Assembly (NCBI GenBank): GCA_016124845.1
Contig: WGMW01000004.1
Location: 4,242 to 68,241, forward strand
Direction: 5' to 3'
DNA length: 64,000 nt
Origin: Flavobacteriales bacterium
Lineage (GTDB): Bacteria > Bacteroidota > Bacteroidia > UBA10329
This document shows positions 9,465 to 18,964 of this stretch, in pieces; within the stretch, counting starts at the first letter, position 1; each line of letters opens with the position of its first letter. The position numbers and the translations under genes were made by a program. The notes beneath the pieces were generated by a model that searched no databases, had not been told where the DNA came from, and saw nothing but the letters and a program-made list of their open reading frames with translations.

Positions 9465-9932
9465 ATGAAACTGCAACTCTCCGATTGGCTGCCTCAGGAA
9501 CCCGACTTTGAACTTATTCATATTTATTGTCACCAGAAGGATTACAGATTGTGTTTTTCCCTGAACGAGCAGTTCAAATGTGAGTTTGCACGCATCCGCG
9601 ATTTTGCGGAGGAGGAAGACAAACCGCATCTTCCGACCTATTCGCGGTTCATGTACGAAGATGAGGTGACGCACAAGGAATACTTCGTCATTTCCAATCA
9701 ACCTTTGGTGCGCGAACTTGTTACGAAAGAAGGCGACCTCTTCCCAACGGAGCAGCCAGCGTTACTGATCCCCGAATTGCCGCGTGTGGATTACTTCTTC
9801 CTTCTTTACGGTCAGTTTGAGGAGGATGAATTGGAAGAGATCGAAGACCAACTGAACCTGATTCCAGCGATCAATGCGGCCAAACGCGTAGATCCGCGAT
9901 CGCTGAAAGCATACATAAACCTGATGCATTGA
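9465..9932 (+). CDS. IPExxxVDY family protein (Bacteroidota-specific, function unknown)
   Basis: 155 aa containing LLIPELPRVDYFFLL, which matches the name-giving IPExxxVDY motif. Precedes pyk by 1 nt. Confidence 0.7.
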   Translation: MKLQLSDWLPQEPDFELIHIYCHQKDYRLCFSLNEQFKCEFARIRDFAEEEDKPHLPTYSRFMYEDEVTHKEYFVISNQPLVRELVTKEGDLFPTEQPALLIPELPRVDYFFLLYGQFEEDELEEIEDQLNLIPAINAAKRVDPRSLKAYINLMH

Positions 9933-9933
9933 T

Positions 9934-11358
9934 ATGAGTTTCAACAAGACAAAGATCGTAGCCACCATCGGCCCAGCATCCTCTTCAAAAGCAATGCTGA
10001 AGACGATGATCGAAAGCGGAATGAACATCGCTCGATTGAACTTTTCGCATGGGAAATATGAAGACCACTCGAAAGTGATCAAGAACATTCGTGAACTGAA
10101 CGAAGAACTCGGAACACACGTGGGCATGCTGGCCGACCTGCAAGGTCCGAAGATCCGTTTGGGAGAAGTGAAAGATGGCGGAGTGGAAATACGAAGCGGC
10201 CATCAGATCACGATCACCACCAAAAAATGCGAGGGTAACGCCAAGAAGGTTTATCTCACCTATCCCGAATTTCCGAAAGACGTGGCGGAAGGCGATACGA
10301 TTCTCATCAACGATGGAAAACTGGTGCTTCAGGTGACGGGAACGAACCGAAAGGACGAAGTGACCGCATCGGTAGAGCATGGCGGCATGATGGAATCGCG
10401 TAAAGGCGTGAACCTTCCAAACACGAAAATCTCCATGCCTTGCCTTACAGAAAAAGATCTGGCGGATCTTGACTTTGTACTTGAGCACAAATTGGAATGG
10501 GTCGGGCTTTCCTTTGTGCGGAGTGCGGAGGACATTCTGGAACTGAAAAGCATCATCAAAAAGCAAGGTTCAAAGACGCGAGTTGTAGCCAAGATCGAAA
10601 AGCCCGAAGCGGTGAAAGACCTGAACAACATCATCCGCGAAACCGATGCCGTAATGGTAGCGCGTGGCGACCTCGGTGTAGAAATTCCGATGCAAGAAGT
10701 TCCTGTGGTGCAAAAGAAAATCGTGAAGAAATGCCTGAACGAGGCGAAACCTGTGATCATTGCCACGCAGATGATGGAAAGCATGATCACCAACCCCGCA
10801 CCGACACGCGCGGAAGTGAATGATGTGGCCAATTCGGTTCTTGATGGCGCTGATGCGCTGATGCTGAGTGGCGAAACCAGCGTTGGAGACCATCCGGCCA
10901 TGGTCATCAAAGCCATGTACAGCATCATCCGTCACCTCGAAACCAAAGGCGACATCTACTACCGCAAACTCAACCCGATCTCGAGCATCGATCGTACTAT
11001 CACCGATTCCATCTGTCAGGCATCGGTGGAATTGGCCGCGCAATCTGATGCGAAGGGCATCATCACGATGACCAATTCGGGTTACACAGCATTTAAGATC
11101 GCGAGCTATCGGCCAAAGGCCAACATTTTCGTATTCACGGACAACCGCGCCATTCTGGATATGCTCAGTCTGGTGTGGGGCGTGCGCGGCTTCTTCTATG
11201 ACAAATACGTGAGCACCGACCACACCATCGCTGACCTGAAACTTCGGCTCAAACGCGAAGGGTTGGTGAAAGAGGGCGACCTCGTGATCAACATCGCCAG
11301 TATTCCGATCTCGGAACGCGGCCAATCGAACATGATGAAGTTGAGCATGGTGAATTGA
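9934..11358 (+). CDS. pyk: pyruvate kinase
   Basis: 474 aa. TKIVATIGPAS start and the MVARGDLGVEIP active-site motif. Confidence 0.95.
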   Translation: MSFNKTKIVATIGPASSSKAMLKTMIESGMNIARLNFSHGKYEDHSKVIKNIRELNEELGTHVGMLADLQGPKIRLGEVKDGGVEIRSGHQITITTKKCEGNAKKVYLTYPEFPKDVAEGDTILINDGKLVLQVTGTNRKDEVTASVEHGGMMESRKGVNLPNTKISMPCLTEKDLADLDFVLEHKLEWVGLSFVRSAEDILELKSIIKKQGSKTRVVAKIEKPEAVKDLNNIIRETDAVMVARGDLGVEIPMQEVPVVQKKIVKKCLNEAKPVIIATQMMESMITNPAPTRAEVNDVANSVLDGADALMLSGETSVGDHPAMVIKAMYSIIRHLETKGDIYYRKLNPISSIDRTITDSICQASVELAAQSDAKGIITMTNSGYTAFKIASYRPKANIFVFTDNRAILDMLSLVWGVRGFFYDKYVSTDHTIADLKLRLKREGLVKEGDLVINIASIPISERGQSNMMKLSMVN

Positions 11359-11444
11359 TATTGGCATTAGGTTAGATACGCGATGCATCGCGTCACTACG
11401 AGCAATAATCCTTTTCATAGTTTTGGCGATTCAAAACTGAAATC

Positions 11445-12491
11445 ATGGCTATAAACGTTCAATTGCTGGCTGAAATATGTGAAGTTGCTGGCGCACCAGG
11501 TTACGAAAAACGCATCCGAGATATTGTACTTCGTGAAGTAACACCTTTGGTTGATGAGGTGAAAGTTGACAACATGGGCAACGTCACCGCCATCAAAAAA
11601 GGCAAGAAGGACAAGAAAGTGATGATCGGTGCGCACATGGACGAGATCAGTTTCATTGTGACACATATCGAAGAAGGAGGTTTCCTGCGTTTCCACACGC
11701 TCGGTGGTTTCGATCCGAAAACGCTTACGGCTCAGCGCGTAATTGTTCACGGAAAGAAAGACCTAATCGGTGTGATGGGCTCCAAACCCATTCATGTAAT
11801 GACTGCTGAGGAACGCACCAAGCTGCCGAAGACCACCGATTACTTCATCGATATGGGAATGTCGAAAGAGGAAGTGGAGAAATACGTTTCCGTTGGCGAT
11901 GTCGTCACACGCGAGCGCAAACTCATTGAAATGGGCAATTGCGTGAACTGCAAAAGCATCGACAACCGTGTTTCCGTATTCATTCTAATTGAAGCGCTGA
12001 GAACGTTGGGAGATGTGCCGTATGATGTTTACGGAGTCTTTACCGTGCAAGAAGAGATCGGCATCCGAGGTGCGCAGGTTTCATCCTTGCAACATCAGCC
12101 CGATTTCGGTTTCGGGTTGGACACGACCATTGCCTATGATGTTCCTGGAGCACAGGCTCATGAGAAGATCACGGAGCTTGGTAAAGGCACGGGCATCAAG
12201 ATCATGGATGCTTCTACCGTTTGCGATTACCGCATGGTGGAATACATGAAAAAAACTGCCGACAAGCACAAGATCCAATGGCAGCCTGAGGTGCTTACCG
12301 CTGGCGGAACCGATACCGCAGCCATTCAGCGTTACAGCGCGGGTGGTGCCATTTCAGGTGCTATTTCCATCCCCACGCGCCACATTCATCAGGTTATTGA
12401 AATGGCCGACAAAGGCGACATCGAAAAGAGCATTCTTCTTCTTCAGCGTTGTCTGGAAGAGCTGCATACGTTTGATTGGGAGCATCGGTGA
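11445..12491 (+). CDS. M42 family metallopeptidase (glutamyl aminopeptidase / FrvX-like)
   Basis: 348 aa. N-terminal APGYE, HMDEI and QEEIG.RGA motifs typical of the M42 family. Confidence 0.85.
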   Translation: MAINVQLLAEICEVAGAPGYEKRIRDIVLREVTPLVDEVKVDNMGNVTAIKKGKKDKKVMIGAHMDEISFIVTHIEEGGFLRFHTLGGFDPKTLTAQRVIVHGKKDLIGVMGSKPIHVMTAEERTKLPKTTDYFIDMGMSKEEVEKYVSVGDVVTRERKLIEMGNCVNCKSIDNRVSVFILIEALRTLGDVPYDVYGVFTVQEEIGIRGAQVSSLQHQPDFGFGLDTTIAYDVPGAQAHEKITELGKGTGIKIMDASTVCDYRMVEYMKKTADKHKIQWQPEVLTAGGTDTAAIQRYSAGGAISGAISIPTRHIHQVIEMADKGDIEKSILLLQRCLEELHTFDWEHR

Positions 12492-12514
12492 GTCCAATTC
12501 GAATCATCGGACTG

Positions 12515-13213
12515 ATGCTACTTTGCGGAGCGACTGCTGCGATGGCTCGGTTCGCTGTACCATCACAAGAAACCAAAATTGTAAGCCACGAAGTGGATCC
12601 GAAAAAAGGTTCACTATCGTTGGTTTGGAAAGATGGAAACAATCATGTTTACGGAAATTTCGGAACGCTGATAACGGAACTTGAACACAATGGTCAGGAT
12701 TTGGTGTTCGCAATGAATGGAGGCATGTATATGGCAGACCAAACACCACTTGGTCTCTATATTGAAAATGGGAACACGCTCAGAAATGTGAACAAGGTTC
12801 AAGAAGCACACGGCAATTTTTATCTTCAACCGAACGGCATCTTTTACATCACCAAGGACAATAAGGCTGTTGTTTGCACCACACCAAAATTTGACGTTTC
12901 AAACGTGAAATATGCCACCCAGTCTGGTCCAATGTTGGTGATCGATGGGAAAATCCATCCAAAGTTCACGGAAGTTTCTTCCAATGTGCATATCCGAAAC
13001 GGTGTTGGTATTCTTCCCAATGGGAACGTTCTTTTTGCCATTTCCACGGAAAAGGTCAACCTGTTTGATTTCGCTACTTTCTTCCAATCCAAAGGCTGCA
13101 AAAACGCGCTCTACTTGGACGGGTTTGTATCACGGATGTACCTCCCAGAAAAAGGATGGAATGGACTTGATGGCAATTTCGGTGTCATCATTTCCGAAAT
13201 AAAAGGTAAATAA
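12515..13213 (+). CDS. phosphodiester glycosidase family protein (DUF2233-like), secreted
   Basis: Track ORF starts at a TTG (12476) overlapping the M42 stop. An internal ATG (MLLCGATAAMA) gives a signal peptide. GPMLVIDGK and ALYLDGF regions resemble the NAGPA/DUF2233 fold. Confidence 0.65.
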   Translation: MLLCGATAAMARFAVPSQETKIVSHEVDPKKGSLSLVWKDGNNHVYGNFGTLITELEHNGQDLVFAMNGGMYMADQTPLGLYIENGNTLRNVNKVQEAHGNFYLQPNGIFYITKDNKAVVCTTPKFDVSNVKYATQSGPMLVIDGKIHPKFTEVSSNVHIRNGVGILPNGNVLFAISTEKVNLFDFATFFQSKGCKNALYLDGFVSRMYLPEKGWNGLDGNFGVIISEIKGK

Positions 13214-13227
13214 TTGTTTACTTTTGT

Positions 13228-13419
13228 TTGGTGAAATGTTCACAGCTTTTACGGATTCTTCAAAAAGACGGCTGGTATGCTGTTTCTCAGAAAGGTTCCC
13301 ACGTGAAACTGCAACATGACACGAAAAGCGGCACTATCATCTTTCCGAACCACGGTAGTCAGGAAATGGGAAAAGGTTTGGAAAAGAAGATACTGAAGGA
13401 TGCTGGAATAAAGTTGTAA
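13228..13419 (+). CDS. hicA: type II toxin-antitoxin system HicA family toxin
   Basis: 63 aa. LLRILQKDGW....KGSHVKL matches the HicA (YcfA-like) mRNA interferase consensus. Confidence 0.85.
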   Translation: MVKCSQLLRILQKDGWYAVSQKGSHVKLQHDTKSGTIIFPNHGSQEMGKGLEKKILKDAGIKL

Positions 13420-13423
13420 GACC

Positions 13424-13819
13424 ATGGCAAAGAAGAAGATCACATTCGTAGTTGAAAAGACTGATACGGGGTTTTCCGCTTACGCTGATGCTCAATCAGT
13501 GTTCACCACAGGGCGCACCATACCTGAACTGATGAATAACGCCTTGGAGGCGGTGCAACTTTACTTCGAAGACGAAATTGTGGTGATCAAACACGAAGAC
13601 CTTCGGTTCGAATTCGACTTCCAACAGTTCTTTCAATACTATAAGGTCCTGAACGCTAAATTCCTTGCAGAGAAGATCGGTATGAATCCCACGTTGCTTT
13701 CTCAGTATGTGCAGGGACACAAAAAGCCTTCGCGCAAGCAGACAGAGAAAATCCTGAACGGAATTCATCAAATAGGCCAGGAGCTTGCAGACCTCAATCT
13801 TTTCTCCAAAGCCTCTTAA
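13424..13819 (+). CDS. hicB: HicB family antitoxin with a C-terminal HTH domain
   Basis: 131 aa immediately after hicA. N-terminal HicB-like (UPF0150) fold, C-terminal LAEKIGMNPTLLSQYVQG XRE-type HTH. Confidence 0.8.
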   Translation: MAKKKITFVVEKTDTGFSAYADAQSVFTTGRTIPELMNNALEAVQLYFEDEIVVIKHEDLRFEFDFQQFFQYYKVLNAKFLAEKIGMNPTLLSQYVQGHKKPSRKQTEKILNGIHQIGQELADLNLFSKAS

Positions 13820-13823
13820 AAAC

Positions 13824-14786
13824 CTACCTCCCCCCGATCGTCAAATAAGCGATGTACGCCATGTAGGCCAGCAGCATCAAACCGCCTTGCCATTTCTGCA
13901 AGACCTGTTTCTTGCCGATGAAGAGCAGGATGAACAGCAGCGCACTACAAGCAATGTTGACGATGATGCTGAAGTTGTCCTCTGGGTTGAAATCCATGGG
14001 GCTGATGGTGGCAGAAAGACCCAGCACCCAAAAAGTGTTGAAGATGTTGGAACCGATCACATTGCCGATGGCCAGATCGGTGTTGCCTTTTCTTACTGCC
14101 ACCACGCCAGTTGCCAGTTCAGGAAGCGAGGTTCCAACAGCTACAATGGTGAATCCGATGAACGATTCGGAATACCCGAAGAGTCGCGCCAACGCCACGG
14201 CACCATCCACGATCCATTGTCCGCCAATGACCAGTCCCGTCAATCCTACGAGCAGCATGCCGATGGATTTCCACATGGGGCGTGCATCATGCGTTTCTGG
14301 AAGTTCTTCGGTAAGATTGTTCTTCCCCAAACGGAACGTGTAGAACATGAACAACAGAAACAGCGCGATGAGTACCAGCCCATCTGCGCGGCTTACCATA
14401 TCACTCGCATAATTGCCAGATATCTGGTCGTTGACCATGTAACCTAAAATCAGCGCAGCAAAGAGGCTGAATGGAATCTCGCGCCAGACCGTATTCCGTT
14501 GCACGGAAAGGTCACGGATCATGGCGCTTACGCCCAGAATAAGCAGGATATTGGCAATGTTGCTTCCAACGATATTGCCAATGGCCAACCCGTTGTTTCC
14601 ACTCACCGATGCAATAACGTTGACCGCCAGTTCGGGTGCAGATGTGCCGAACGCCACCACCGTCAGCCCGATAACGATCTCAGGAATTCGGAATTTCCGT
14701 GCGATGTCGGCCGCACCTTCAATGAGCCAATCAGCGCCCTTTATCAGCAGCACAAACCCAACGGCAAACAGGAAGTAGACGAGCAT
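13824..14786 (-). CDS. calcium/sodium antiporter (CaCA family, YrbG-like)
   Basis: 320 aa with two alpha-repeat GTSAPEL / GTSLPEL motifs. Confidence 0.85.
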   Translation of the reverse strand: MLVYFLFAVGFVLLIKGADWLIEGAADIARKFRIPEIVIGLTVVAFGTSAPELAVNVIASVSGNNGLAIGNIVGSNIANILLILGVSAMIRDLSVQRNTVWREIPFSLFAALILGYMVNDQISGNYASDMVSRADGLVLIALFLLFMFYTFRLGKNNLTEELPETHDARPMWKSIGMLLVGLTGLVIGGQWIVDGAVALARLFGYSESFIGFTIVAVGTSLPELATGVVAVRKGNTDLAIGNVIGSNIFNTFWVLGLSATISPMDFNPEDNFSIIVNIACSALLFILLFIGKKQVLQKWQGGLMLLAYMAYIAYLTIGGR

Positions 14787-14823
14787 GCGGCAAAGATAGA
14801 TTTAGGATTGATGCAGCGTGAGA

Positions 14824-14902
14824 TGTCATTCCGACCGAAGCGGAGGAATCTATTTCTTCCAGCCAAAGATTTCTCCGCTCACTTCGGTCGGTCGAAATGA
14901 CA
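14824..14902. repeat. imperfect palindromic intergenic element, copy 1 of a repeat family
   Basis: Left arm TGTCATTCCGACCGAAGCGGAG pairs with right arm CTCCGCTCACTTCGGTCGGTCGAAATGACA. The right arm is 34/36 identical to the copy at 27689-27718. Lies between the acyltransferase stop and the antiporter start. Confidence 0.5.
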
Positions 14903-14908
14903 CGGAAA

Positions 14909-15757
14909 TCACCGCGCGTGCTTCCAACGATTATGCGTCCAAAGCCAATTCTCAGGCTGCCGCGAGATGCTTTCTTCTAAAAAACGAACGTACGCTTCGG
15001 TTATCTCGCCTTCGCTGGTTTTGCTGCCATCCTCAAACGCCAGTTTCGAAACGCTTTTGTAGTGTCCGCGCTTTATGCGCACCATCTCATCAAACACCAC
15101 GGCATGGCCTTTCCGTCTGGCAAGGATCTCCAGCCCTTTGTGAAAAGGCACTTCGCGGCCGAAGAAATCCGTCCAATATGCACGTCTTCTATCTGATGGA
15201 TTCTGATCGGCCAGAAAAACGGTCATCGAAGGCTTTTCGGGGTCGGTCATCATGGCTTTGAGGTCGTTTGCAGGAATGAGTTCCGTACCGTATTTCAAGC
15301 GGTAATCGTTTACCAATCGCTCCATCGCCTTGTTGTTCACCATCATGTAAATGATACGGATGTGGAACTGCGTGTGGTGGTTCAGGATCCAATTTCCCCA
15401 CTCCCAATTGAACTGATGCGAAGTGGCCTGAAGCACATGTCTTCCATCTGCATAAAGCTTATCGTACACGGATGTATCAACCTCAAACCGCTCCGAAATC
15501 TCTTCAGGCGAAGCCTTGAGCAACTTGATGGTTTCCAGCACCTGATCACAGAAATTCCTGTAAAACTGGATACTGATGTCGTAAAGTTCTTCCGTTTTCT
15601 TCTCAGGAAAAGCGGCCGTGAGATTGCGCATCACCAACTTTCTACGATACCAGATGACGTGATAAAGCACGAAAAAGAACAGGTCCGAGACCACATACAG
15701 CGCCCACCACGGCAAGCGGGCAATGCCACCCAAAAAGAATTTGAGAAAACCGTACAT
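14909..15757 (-). CDS. lipid A biosynthesis (lauroyl/myristoyl) acyltransferase, LpxL/HtrB family
   Basis: Internal Met start MYGFLKFFLGG (the track ORF extends to 15892). N-terminal TM segment plus the NLTAAFPEK and HQFNWEWG acyltransferase regions. Confidence 0.8.
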   Translation of the reverse strand: MYGFLKFFLGGIARLPWWALYVVSDLFFFVLYHVIWYRRKLVMRNLTAAFPEKKTEELYDISIQFYRNFCDQVLETIKLLKASPEEISERFEVDTSVYDKLYADGRHVLQATSHQFNWEWGNWILNHHTQFHIRIIYMMVNNKAMERLVNDYRLKYGTELIPANDLKAMMTDPEKPSMTVFLADQNPSDRRRAYWTDFFGREVPFHKGLEILARRKGHAVVFDEMVRIKRGHYKSVSKLAFEDGSKTSEGEITEAYVRFLEESISRQPENWLWTHNRWKHAR

Positions 15758-15820
15758 GCTGCAAAGATGCTCACTCCCAAGAAAAGACCATATAACACCG
15801 CAATGTTCGTATATTGAACC

Positions 15821-17086
15821 ATGCTTCGCGGAATCGGAATGTCTGTCCTGCTCTCGTGGATCTGTTTGAATTCGTACGCTCAATTGCCGCATCCCAACGA
15901 CACGTTGGAGAATGGCAAAAAAGTGCCGTTCAATCAGTTCATGGGAAGGTTTTCCGTGTTCAATGATCTTGGAGGAGCTGCTTACTACTATTCGCTAAAT
16001 GTTGGCTATAGCGTGTTCAAGTCCGATCTGGCGTCAATTGACATAACCTTAGGAGCAAATAGGGTTCAATACGGTCAGTACGGTTGGAAAGAAGGGGTGG
16101 TAAATGGTTTTTTCATTCCGGTTGGAATCAGCTCCTACATTGGGAGACGTAAAAGTCGATTCAACTTACGAGCAGGTTATTCCCCACAGGTTTTTTCCCA
16201 ACTATTAAGCACTAAAAAATTAGATGATTGCAGCGGTTGTTCTCTCGTAGAGCAACGGTTCTTTTTCTCCGTTGGATATACCTACCAAAACCCTTATGGC
16301 TTCTTTTTGGGTGTCAATGCCAACTTGCTACTTCAGATATGGTCACAGGCTGAGCGAGATTTCTTTCCGGGCAAAGTCGGTTATCAACCATGGCCCGGAT
16401 TGGTTCTTGGCTATCGGCTTCCTTCCAAACAGCGACATAATGAATGGCGAGAACGGGGATTTAAGAAGCGGGTTCTTCGACTCGAAGACAAGAAAGAAAA
16501 ACAGCAAGAAGCGTATAATGATATCGATCGGGTTTTCTATAAAGATGAACCTCTTGAGGTTGACTCTGCCGACATGAAGGAAATTGAGGCCAAACTTGCC
16601 AAACTGAAACGCCAACACGAACGCTACCTGAAAGAAGAACAGCGACTGAACGGAAGAAGTCTTGTGTATGCGGAGTTTTTCGGTGCCACAGGAATTGCTT
16701 CTGTCAATTACACCTACACGCATCCCATTGCAAGGTCGAAAATCTTTATGATGGAATATCGCGGAGGTTTCGGGGCAGACCGCCACAATTTGCAGTTGCC
16801 CGTACATGTTGGTTTCAAAGCCATGAAGAACTATCGAGGCACAGGGGTTTTTCTGGGCGTGGTTCCACAATACAACCCGAGAACAGGCTCGTTCGGGGCT
16901 GTGTATTTTCTCGAACACAATGTCGAATTCCACTTCGCGTACGGAATAACAGGTGGCGTGGCCTTCTACCTTTTCTATGACCCTTCTTACTACAAGAACC
17001 AATGGAACTTTTCTCCGTACGGTGGCTTCTTCCTCGGTTATCGTCTGCCGCAGATGAAGCGGGACAAAACAAAAGAAGCACCCTGA
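15821..17086 (+). CDS. hypothetical secreted/outer-membrane-like protein with internal duplication and a central coiled coil
   Basis: Signal peptide (LLSWICLNSYAQ). Two beta-rich halves, each ending in a G(F/L)(F/V)LGYRLP motif, separated by a charged coiled-coil segment (KKRVLRLEDKKEKQQE...KLAKLKRQHERYLKEEQRL). Confidence 0.6.
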   Translation: MLRGIGMSVLLSWICLNSYAQLPHPNDTLENGKKVPFNQFMGRFSVFNDLGGAAYYYSLNVGYSVFKSDLASIDITLGANRVQYGQYGWKEGVVNGFFIPVGISSYIGRRKSRFNLRAGYSPQVFSQLLSTKKLDDCSGCSLVEQRFFFSVGYTYQNPYGFFLGVNANLLLQIWSQAERDFFPGKVGYQPWPGLVLGYRLPSKQRHNEWRERGFKKRVLRLEDKKEKQQEAYNDIDRVFYKDEPLEVDSADMKEIEAKLAKLKRQHERYLKEEQRLNGRSLVYAEFFGATGIASVNYTYTHPIARSKIFMMEYRGGFGADRHNLQLPVHVGFKAMKNYRGTGVFLGVVPQYNPRTGSFGAVYFLEHNVEFHFAYGITGGVAFYLFYDPSYYKNQWNFSPYGGFFLGYRLPQMKRDKTKEAP

Positions 17087-17119
17087 AAAAGGATGCTTCT
17101 TTCCGGAAATCAAACCGAA

Positions 17120-17419
17120 TCAGTCGGTGGTCTGACAGACCTCTTGTGGAACCGATGACGTAATGGAAATGGTGGCCTGAATTCTGAGTTCAGCCCGATC
17201 TTTCTCTGCCTTTTCGGTCACCTGATGCATGAATCTGCACGATTCCTTCAGTTCAGCGATGCGGTGGGTTGACGCGGAGGTATCTGTCCCTCGCTCAAAT
17301 CCGCTGATCACTTTGATGTTGTGAAAACGGATCTTGTCTTCCAGTACCGTCAGAACAATCTCTTTGGCATCCTGCGGAGAAAACGTGCCGTTTATCAATT
17401 CTATCTGTTGTGTCTGCAT
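17120..17419 (-). CDS. hypothetical small protein
   Basis: 99-aa ORF starting 12 nt downstream of the icd stop on the same strand. No recognisable family. Confidence 0.45.
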   Translation of the reverse strand: MQTQQIELINGTFSPQDAKEIVLTVLEDKIRFHNIKVISGFERGTDTSASTHRIAELKESCRFMHQVTEKAEKDRAELRIQATISITSSVPQEVCQTTD

Positions 17420-17431
17420 GTCAGTCGTTTT

Positions 17432-18871
17432 TTATTGTCCCTGTCCGAGTGAAAAGGCCGGTTTACCATCGAATTTGTAAAGATTCTCGGTCTTGATCGT
17501 GTCGATGTCATTTACCACAGCGTTACCCAAGATATCCACGATATGTTTCCGTTCTATCGGATGACCATTGGCAGGCGTAAAGCGGCAGCGCCAGTGATCG
17601 GTGCAGAAGGTTTCTTCAAACCCATCTGGCCACACCTTGATGCCCCGGTTGGTGATCATGGAAAGCATCAGGTCGTTGTTGTTCATGCCGTTGCTCAGCT
17701 TCTCGGCCAGTTCATTCGGGTTTCTGCCCGACCAGTGTACGAACACATCAACTCCCACCAGGTCTTTCTTGGCTGCGGGTTTTAATGTTGCCTTCGGTGG
17801 GCTGAACGGTTTTCCTTCTTGGTAAGAAACCGCATCCAGTTTTTGAGGAAGTTGACCCAAGTTGGCGATGACCGCATCTGCAAATTCCTTGGTGCCCACA
17901 CGCTTTTGGCTTACGCCCGCTTCATAAACGTCCTTGGTGTGAATTCCCTGTTCAACCGTGGTCAGCCAAGCGTTGTGCACCTTTTCGGCCACTGCGTTCT
18001 GTCCTATGTGGTTCAGCATCATAATGGCCCCGTGGATCAATCCCGAAGGATTGGCCGCATCCTGCCCTGCCAAGCGCGGTGCCGAACCGTGAATGGCCTC
18101 GAACATGGCGCAGGTTTCGCCAATGTTGGATGAGCCTGCCAACCCGACCGAACCAGCTATCTGCGCGGCCACATCCGAAAGCACATCTCCGTAAAGATTG
18201 GGCATGACGATGACATCGAAATTCTCTGGCGTGTCTGAGAGTTTGGCCGCACCGATGTCCACGATCCAGTGCTCGTTCTCTATTTCCGGATACTCTGGAG
18301 CGATCTCATCGAACACCTTATGGAAGAGGCCGTCCGTCTGCTTCATGATGTTGTCCTTGGTGAAGCACGTCACCTTCTTTCTGCCGTACTGTTTGGCATA
18401 TTCAAATGCGTAGCGGATGATCTTTTCGCAACCGGGTCGGCTGATGAGTTTAAGGCACTGCACCACTTCATCGGTCTGTTGGTGTTCGATGCCCGCGTAG
18501 AGGTCCTCCTCGTTTTCGCGGATGATGACCACATCCATTTTCGGATGTTTGGTGCGCACAAACGGATGCAAACTCCTGCATGGACGAACGTTGGCGTAGA
18601 GCCCCAGCATTTTCCGTGTGGTCACATTCAGGCTCTTGTACCCACCACCCTGTGGCGTAGTGATCGGTGCCTTCAGAAAAACCTTGTTTCTGCGGATACT
18701 TTCCCAGGCTTCCTTGCTAATTCCTGAGGTGTTCCCGGCCAGGTAGACTTGCTCACCCACTTCAATAAAATCGATGTCAAGTTCTGCTCCGGCAGCTTCC
18801 AGAATTCGGAGCGTGGCATCCATGATCTCTGGACCGATGCCGTCTCCTTTTGCAACTGTAATTCGTGTCAT
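17432..18871 (-). CDS. icd: NADP-dependent isocitrate dehydrogenase (isocitrate/isopropylmalate dehydrogenase family)
   Basis: MTRITVAKGDGIGPEI start (internal Met of the track ORF) and the NLYGDVLSD metal/substrate motif. Carries a ~70-aa C-terminal extension relative to the classic 416-aa enzyme. Confidence 0.85.
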   Translation of the reverse strand: MTRITVAKGDGIGPEIMDATLRILEAAGAELDIDFIEVGEQVYLAGNTSGISKEAWESIRRNKVFLKAPITTPQGGGYKSLNVTTRKMLGLYANVRPCRSLHPFVRTKHPKMDVVIIRENEEDLYAGIEHQQTDEVVQCLKLISRPGCEKIIRYAFEYAKQYGRKKVTCFTKDNIMKQTDGLFHKVFDEIAPEYPEIENEHWIVDIGAAKLSDTPENFDVIVMPNLYGDVLSDVAAQIAGSVGLAGSSNIGETCAMFEAIHGSAPRLAGQDAANPSGLIHGAIMMLNHIGQNAVAEKVHNAWLTTVEQGIHTKDVYEAGVSQKRVGTKEFADAVIANLGQLPQKLDAVSYQEGKPFSPPKATLKPAAKKDLVGVDVFVHWSGRNPNELAEKLSNGMNNNDLMLSMITNRGIKVWPDGFEETFCTDHWRCRFTPANGHPIERKHIVDILGNAVVNDIDTIKTENLYKFDGKPAFSLGQGQ

Positions 18872-18964
18872 GGCTTTTGTTTTTTGAGTTTGACACTGCA
18901 AATTTGAGTCGTCTAAAACATAATTGAAAGTTTATTGTTTTTATCAAAATCATAAGCAATAATT

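Noticed and set aside
17432-18901. icd C-terminal ~70-aa extension as a separate fused domain
   Set aside because: Probably a lineage-typical long-form IDH and not a novel fusion. There is not enough to call a distinct domain.
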